From NCBI RefSeq assembly GCF_006345805.1, contig NC_042997.1:141236001-141300000 (forward strand): a stretch of DNA of 64,000 nt, given 5' to 3'. Position numbers and translations under genes: made by a program. Below are positions 56,961 through 64,000 of the stretch, piece after piece (the stretch's first letter is position 1; the number at the start of each line of letters is the position of its first letter). The notes under the pieces are model-generated. The model saw only the letters and a program-made list of their open reading frames with translations, was not told the origin of the DNA and ran no database searches. Origin of the DNA: Octopus sinensis (taxonomy: Eukaryota).

Positions 56961-57190
56961 ATTTCTTTATTGCCCACAAGGGGCTAAACATAGAAGGGAC
57001 AAACAAGGACAGACAGATATATTAAATCGATTACATCGACGCCAGTGCGTAACTGGTACCTAATTTATCGTCCCCGAAAGGATGAAAGGCAAAGGCGACC
57101 TCGGTGGAATTTGGTCTCAGAACGTAAAGACAAACGAAATTCCGCTAGACATTTCGCCCGGCGTGCTAACGTTTCTGCCAGCTCACCGCA
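56760..57190 (-). mobile_element. Dimeric SINE family A
   Basis: Two bodies joined by the same linker as 43576-43643. Confidence 0.8.
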
Positions 57191-57813
57191 CATCGCCTAT
57201 TACTACTACTTATTTATTTTATTTATTCTTAAAGAAAGGAAATACAAAGCAGACCGAAATGGGCCGTGAACTTGGAACAAAATGGGCTATGATAAATAGC
57301 TGCTTAATGCTAAGTGGGATTCATGCAAGGCCAGATATCAAATGGGGAGAGAAAGAGTCGATTTTATATACTTGAGTATCTAACTAATAGTTTATTTTCT
57401 TGAAAGGCAAATTTGACCGCAGCAGGATCTGAACTCAGTACGTAAATAACCGGAGCAATACCGAAGCGACGTTCTACCTATTGTGCTATAAAGTAAACAT
57501 AGTTAGCAGGACCAGTTTCAATCACTAATGGCTCAGTACGTTTACATCTCGTCACTCAGCTAACCAGTCCGATGCTATAATAACTTCAAGTGAATACATT
57601 GGTTCTTTTACTTGAGAATTGTGTCGGGCAAATTCCAACAGTATTCGCTCTAAACTAAATGATACGGCTATATAAACATGAAGCAGATTGCTCCAAGTTC
57701 AATATGTAGTAGAAACGTAAATACAGACTTAAAACATTTATACTAAAGGAGTAAATGACAGTACAATGTTTGTAAATAATGTAGGATTTTGTGAAATGTC
57801 TGTTTCACATCCG

Positions 57814-57848
<35 letters not shown>

Positions 57849-58039
57849 TGGATGTAGTGCCTGAGGGTTCTACCCATACGACCCTATTAAATGGGCGAAG
57901 ACGGATGGTTGAATAGACCGTTTTTTTCTCGATACTTTTAATTTTGCTTACTCGCTTTACCGCTCTACGTCACGTTACACGGTACAGCGAAACACTTAAT
58001 AACTATCATTCTTTCTTTTCCTCCCCCTTTCTCTCACTC

Positions 58040-58102
<63 letters not shown>

Positions 58103-58133
58103 GTATATATATATGTATATATATGCATGTATG

Positions 58134-58169
<36 letters not shown>

Positions 58170-58340
58170 AAATTTATAAGTTTAAATTATTTAAATAATT
58201 TTTTAAATTTTAACTTTAATTTAAATATTTTATTTGGAATTTTATATTTTAATTTTTTAATTAATTTTATTTCTATGTATTGGCTTTTGATTTTCACTGA
58301 TTGATTTGCCTAATAGTGGTTTTATCTCTAATTTAATATA

Positions 58341-58398
<58 letters not shown>

Positions 58399-58425
58399 CA
58401 AGATAGATAGATAAATTACATTATA

Positions 58426-58482
<57 letters not shown>

Positions 58483-58485
58483 ACT

Positions 58486-58550
<65 letters not shown>

Positions 58551-58772
58551 ACTATATTATTATATATATATATATATATATTGTGAAAATAATATTTTCA
58601 CAATAAAATTTTCGTAATTCCAATGCCTTTCTGGTACACAGTTTTAATTTTTTATTGTTATTTGCCGCTGAATGTAACGTCGCTTGCGCGGTGGATTTGA
58701 AAATTTTAATATATATGTAGCACGTGTATTTTCGGTGCTATTTGCTGCATAAATATGCATTAATTTTAGCGA

Positions 58773-58840
58773 CCTCAGTGATGAAGTACGGATGACAAAT
58801 TAATTTATTTGTACATTGTTACAGAAACTCGAGTTTGAGG
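58773..58840 (+). ncRNA. Type I hammerhead motif with C3G substitution
   Basis: cctca-GTGATGA-a gtac..acaaat taattt atttgt..ttac a-GAAA-ctcgag-TT-tgagg; palindromic stem III ACTCGAGT; in a TA-flanked module at ~58583-58972. Confidence 0.7.
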
Positions 58841-58968
58841 GTAACTACAAAAATATTTTTATCTTCATTCCCTTTGAAATCTGTTTTTATTTATGGTTTA
58901 GGCTTTGGTTGCTCTTTCTAGCATATAAGATGTCCTGTCAAAGGTCACCTCTTTCGTAAATTGTTTAG

Positions 58969-59034
<66 letters not shown>

Positions 59035-59286
59035 TATAAATATATAATATATATATATATATTATATATATATATATATATCTATATATAACATTATATA
59101 TAAGGGCTTAGTAAAATAAATTACTTTGCCACATACTGAACTCATTAGAAATAGCAGCTGAAGAAATTTCTTCAGCTATTTCTAATACTTAAAGAAGATC
59201 TCTCTCAGATAGTGTTTGCCTAAACTAACTCACAAAAGTATGGGGGAAAAAACATTAAAAAATCCCAAATCCGATTCAAGGAATTC

Positions 59287-59338
59287 TGAGCTGAAGAAAG
59301 AAATGTCGAATTGACTAATCTAGAAACGTACGTTCTCA
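59287..59338 (+). ncRNA. Type I hammerhead motif (CUGAAGA core, GUU)
   Basis: tgag-CTGAAGA-aaga aat gtc gaatt gac taa tcta-GAAA-cgtacg-TT-ctca; A.A mismatch at the base of stem II. Confidence 0.75.
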
Positions 59339-59842
59339 AATAACCTTTGAACTTGATTTTTTAATGTTTTTTCCCCCATACTTTTGTGAGTTAGTTTAGG
59401 CAAACACTATCTGAGAGAGATCTTCTTTAAGTATTAGAAATAGCTGAAGAAATTTCTTAGCTGCTATTTCTAATGAGTTCAGTATGTGGCAAAGTAATTT
59501 ATTTTACTAAGCCCTTATATATAATGTAATATTTTGAATTCGCCTATAATGGTCCCTTTACATACTGAATACTTGGTGAAATTGATTAATAATTAATTAA
59601 TTTTACCCTCAATTGTTGAAATTATAATTCATCTCTCTCTGCTAAATTTTGCGGTTTTCACCGTTAATACATGGTGTTTGTCAATTTTAACCCACGCTGG
59701 TGGAAAGGGGAGAGCAGAAATTCTTCGCTTGCATATTCGAATTTGATAGCACTTTTAGTTCGAGCAGAATTCTAGAGGTGATTAGAAGCCGAAAGGGTAT
59801 GCTCCCGACTTTCAGTGTTCCCAAATCCGATTCAAGGAATTC

Positions 59843-59894
59843 TGAGCTGAAGAAAGAAATGTCGAATTGACTAATCTAGAAACGTACGTTCTCA
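59843..59894 (+). ncRNA. Type I hammerhead motif, second copy
   Basis: Identical to 59287-59338. Confidence 0.75.
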
Positions 59895-60179
59895 AATAAC
59901 CTTTGAACTTGATTTTTTAATGTTTTTTCCCCCATACTTTTGTGAGTTAGTTTAGGCAAACACTATCTGAGAGAGATCTTCTTTAAGTATTAGAAATAGC
60001 TGAAGAAATTTCTTTAGCTGCTATTTCTAATGAGTTCAGTATGTGGCAAAGTAATTTATTTTACTAAGCCCTTATATATAATGTAATATTTTGAATTCGC
60101 CTATAATGGTCCCTTTACATACTGAATACTTGGTGAAATTGATTAATAATTAATTAATTTTACCCTCAATTGTTGAAAT

Positions 60180-60265
<86 letters not shown>

Positions 60266-60349
60266 GTACGATGACTTGCATATTCCCCCTTAATACGTTC
60301 TGGCAGATTTAAACGTGAATACACTAATGGCTATTATAGTTTATTTGCA

Positions 60350-60560
60350 TAAGGCAGCGAGCTGGCACAAACGTTAGCACGCCTGGCGAAATGCGTAGTC
60401 GTATTTCGTCTGCCGTTACGTTCTGAGTTCAAATTCAGCCGAGGTCGACTTTGCCTTTCATCCTTTCGGGGTCGATAAATTAAGTACTAGTTACGCATCC
60501 GTTTGTCTGTCCTTGTTTGTCCCCTCTGTGTTTAGCCCCTTGAGGGTAATAAAGAATTAT
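60350..60560 (+). mobile_element. SINE family A ending in the dimer linker
   Basis: Head aaggcagcgagctggc, then ...ccgtttgtctgtccttgtttgtcccc. Confidence 0.8.
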
Positions 60561-60699
60561 ATTATAGCTTATTTGCGTAATGAATCGAATGAACTATGAA
60601 CACACGTTCGTCTGAAGGGAAATGTTCTGCAATGACAAACCACAACAGCATTTAGCATATTTTGCGACCGAAACTGCTGGAACGTATTGATTTCAAATT

Positions 60700-60895
60700 T
60701 TGGCACAAGGCCAGCTAGGTCTGGGGAGGGGACTAGTCGACCAAATCACTCCCATTACTCAAATGATACTTATTTTAACGACCCCCGAAAGGCAAACTCA
60801 ACATTGGCGGAATTTGAACTCAGAGCGTAAATGACGAAATGTCTCAAAAACATTTTGCCCGGCGTGGAAACGATTCTGCTAGCTCGCCGCGTTAA
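60700..60895 (-). mobile_element. SINE family A
   Basis: Ends ...gctagctcgccgc (reverse-complement head). Confidence 0.7.
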
Positions 60896-60989
60896 ATCTG
60901 CTGGAATATCTTAAGAATGAATATACAATACACCGTTTTGATCCTCGCTGTTTACCGTCCGGTGATGTATTAGATATATTATATATAAA

Positions 60990-60995
60990 TAGTAT

Positions 60996-61030
<35 letters not shown>

Positions 61031-61037
61031 CATGGAG

Positions 61038-61071
<34 letters not shown>

Positions 61072-61290
61072 AAATAGTAAAAAGTGAAAAAACTACAGAA
61101 GGCTTGTTTTAAATATATATTTAAGTCAATATGTCTGAAGAATATTATAAATTTTTTTCTTACAATGACATAGTTTAGAAGAAAGACCGGTTTCGCGTTT
61201 AGCTTTTCAAACAAGCCTTCTGTAGTTTTTTCACTTTTTACTATTTTCTATATATTCAACCACGTACTTTCACAAACCAACTTTCTTATC

Positions 61291-61326
<36 letters not shown>

Positions 61327-61331
61327 TATAA

Positions 61332-61370
<39 letters not shown>

Positions 61371-61381
61371 TATATACATGG

Positions 61382-61415
<34 letters not shown>

Positions 61416-61647
61416 AAATAGTAAAAAGTGAAAAAACTACAGAAGGCTTGTTTTAAATATATATTTAAGTCAATATGTCTGAAGAATATTATAAATTTTT
61501 TTCTTACAATGACATAGTTTAGAAGAAACACCGGTTTCGCGTTTAGCTTTTCAAACAAGCCTTCTGTAGTTTTTTCACTTTTTACTATTTTCTATATATT
61601 CAACCACGTACTTTCACAAACCAACTTTCTTATCTATATATATATAT

Positions 61648-61708
<61 letters not shown>

Positions 61709-61740
61709 ATATTATATATATATATATATTAGAGAGAGAG
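60990..61740. repeat. Tandem ~345 bp repeat, each unit with perfect 41 bp inverted arms
   Basis: Arms 61069-61109 / 61209-61249 and 61413-61453 / 61553-61593. Confidence 0.9.
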
Positions 61741-62567
61741 GGGGAGGTGGCTAGTAATCAGTAATTACAAAGGCCTCAAATAATGTCGCTTTTGTTAGTT
61801 AGAAAAGAAAATAGGGAAAAACTTATGAGAGGCCGCCGTGAAGACCATAAAACGATTAATAGAGATTTTAAAAATCATTACATTTATAGCTATCTGGGGA
61901 TCAAGAAGCAGAAAAAGTTTCTGAAGACAAAACAGAAAATACTTAAGTAGAATCGATTCTTACAAGGGAGTGGAAGAAGAATAGAACTAAACGGATGTGA
62001 AGTAACGGTAAGACATGGAGGAACAACAGAAAAAATGTTTGGCAGAACAACGACTATGAAAGTGTTTACAGAAAAGAGGTAGGGAATCAATGTCTTAGCG
62101 ATAAGAGTGAGGTTGAACTTTGAGTGCCAAGCTCACTTTTGAACTCCATCAAATTAGAGGTGGGACATCAATATTCCACGGAGGAGTAAATAAGTGAATT
62201 TTAAAGACCTAGAATGTATTCAGAGTAAAAATAATAACGAGATCCTTATAGAGAACCACTAACCTTCAGAAGGATCAAACACCTACTTGTCTAGTACCTT
62301 CTGTGAAGACCTTTAACAGTCTCTTCCCTTTCTGTCGAGCTTCCTGTTAATCAAAAGACTTTATTCTAATAGCTTCTTCTTTTACTTCTAAGTAGTCACT
62401 CACGTCACTGTGGATTCAAACCTTGTTTAGAGCAAATCGCATTGAAAAATGTGTTTTTAGAAATAAATTCAGAATATTTATTTCGAGTAAGGTATCTAGG
62501 AAAATTTGAACCTAAAAGATGAAAATATAAAAAACTAATGTTACAATGTGCTACTATCAAGCTGTAT

Positions 62568-62890
62568 GAGGGTGCGTGGCTTAGTGGTTAGGGCATTCGG
62601 CTCATGATCGTAAGGTTGTGAGTTCGATTCCCGGCGACGCGTTGTGTCCTTGAGCAAGACACTTTATTTCACATTGCTCCAGTCCACTCAGCTGGCAAAA
62701 ATGAGTTGTACTTGTATTTCAAAGGGTCAGCCTTGTCACTCTCTGTGTCACGCTGATTATCCCCGAGAACTACGTTAAGGGTACACGTGTCTGTGGAATG
62801 CTCAGCCATTTGCACGTTAATTTCATGAGCAAGCTATTCCGTTGATCGTATCAGCTGGGACCCTCGTCGTCGTAACCGGCGGAGTCTTTG
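62568..62890 (+). mobile_element. Full-length tRNA-derived SINE family C with 12 bp TSD
   Basis: A box tggcttagtgg, B box gttcgattccc; TSD atcaagctgtat at 62556-62567 and 62891-62902. Confidence 0.9.
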
Positions 62891-62984
62891 ATCAAGCTGT
62901 ATATTAACGCCGATAAATTTGCATTAAAATGGTCATGTAAAAAAAATTGTTTCTCACATTTACATTAGGCCATGCATATTCTTA

Positions 62985-63195
62985 TCTACTCTAGGCACAA
63001 GGCCCTAAATTTGGGGGGAGAGGGTCAGTCGATTAGCTCTACCCCAGTAGGCAACTGGTACTTAATTTATCGACCCCGAAACGATGAAAAGCAAAAATCG
63101 ACATCGGTGGAATTTGAACTCGGTACGTAAAGACGAACCAAATAACGCTAAGCATTTCGCCCGACATCTAACGTTTCTGCCAGTTCGCCGCCTTT
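62985..63195 (-). mobile_element. SINE family A
   Basis: Ends ...tctgccagttcgccgcctt. Confidence 0.8.
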
Positions 63196-64000
63196 GGGTC
63201 ACGCATATCGGGGGAGAGTATATAGTCAATTTAATTCTTCCAAAAGTCTGAGTGGTACTAATTTTATCTACAATTGATGTAATTAATAAACAGATGTACT
63301 TAAATACTGCAAAACACTACGTATGTTATACATCCGATTCTACAACTTAAGCACAATTTCGTTTATCAAATATCTTTAAAATCCTTCATTCTTTCATGAA
63401 CACTAGCCTCCCTCGGGCCTTGCATATCTAGAACTCTATTCAATATGATACTTCTTCGTCGAGGATCCACGATATTTGAAGATTTTGTTGCTATTTCTAA
63501 GTCCAGCAACCTCGTTGACTCCACGCCGTAGAGACTCGTTCTTGGCTCGTGAAATCAATTCTAGCTATGCTCTCCAGCATGCTCTTGGAACTTTTAGTCA
63601 GAATAAGGAACAGTTAACTTTTACGTTGGAATATATCATTTAAATGCATTCTTATATTTGCCTTTGTTTCCTCTATAATTTTATCACAGTTTATACACCA
63701 GCAAATTTTTATTCTTAAATACATTTATGTGTATATTTTGCTCAACTGTCTGAACATATATGCAAAATATATTATCCAATGTTCTTATGCCACACATACA
63801 CACACACACGCGCACACACACACATACATATGTATTATACTATAATTTTCTATACTGTTTCTATACTGTTTTAAATCAGAATATAGTTAATTTATAGTTT
63901 TATTCTACTCTGCGCTTTTTAATGCTGCTTACATCATACAAAGAAAATTGAATACAGTCTTATAAACTATATAATCGCTGATGACAACCACTTACCTACT

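Larger units (their letters stand above)
59091..60183 (+). mobile_element. Hammerhead-bearing array: 174 bp inverted 5' segment plus 556 bp unit x1.65, flanked by (TA)n
   Basis: Period 556 (cgttctcaaa at 59331 and 59887); 59091-59264 is the reverse complement of 59355-59527; same 3' end as the 9 kb array. Confidence 0.85.

Noticed and set aside
57850-58040. TA-flanked module as a further HHR carrier
   Set aside because: CTGAGGG...GAAG and cgaaacac were found, but no consistent core-plus-stems arrangement on either strand
62570-62640. Functional tRNA gene
   Set aside because: The tRNA-like head continues into a SINE body with a TSD, and the cloverleaf is imperfect

Overview
AT-rich, repeat-saturated metazoan genomic DNA with no recognisable intact protein-coding gene. 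The SINE and microsatellite content suggests an octopod cephalopod, which is an inference. Nearly all ORFs in the supplied track are microsatellite artefacts. Recognisable elements: two near-full-length mariner relics, one internally deleted mariner, a maT/Tc1-type 3' fragment, several MITEs, a Helentron/DINE-like non-autonomous element, two R4/Dong-type (REL endonuclease) LINE ends, an RTE-type RT relic, and three tRNA-derived SINE families in many copies. The most striking signal is absent from the ORF track. At least nine type I hammerhead ribozyme (HHR) motifs, from about four unrelated sequence families, sit in modules embedded in (TA)n tracts, and all have a palindromic or near-palindromic stem III. 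One family has a ~556-574 nt unit, occurs three times (9.0-10.1 kb, 45.9-46.5 kb, 59.1-60.2 kb), is always longer than one unit, ends at an equivalent 3' position fused to (TA)n, and keeps HHR pairing despite replaced stem sequences. This pattern fits a (TA)n-targeting retrozyme or Penelope-like pseudo-LTR system copied from circular or multimeric RNA. Coordinates and folds were worked out by eye; ribozyme activity is untested.
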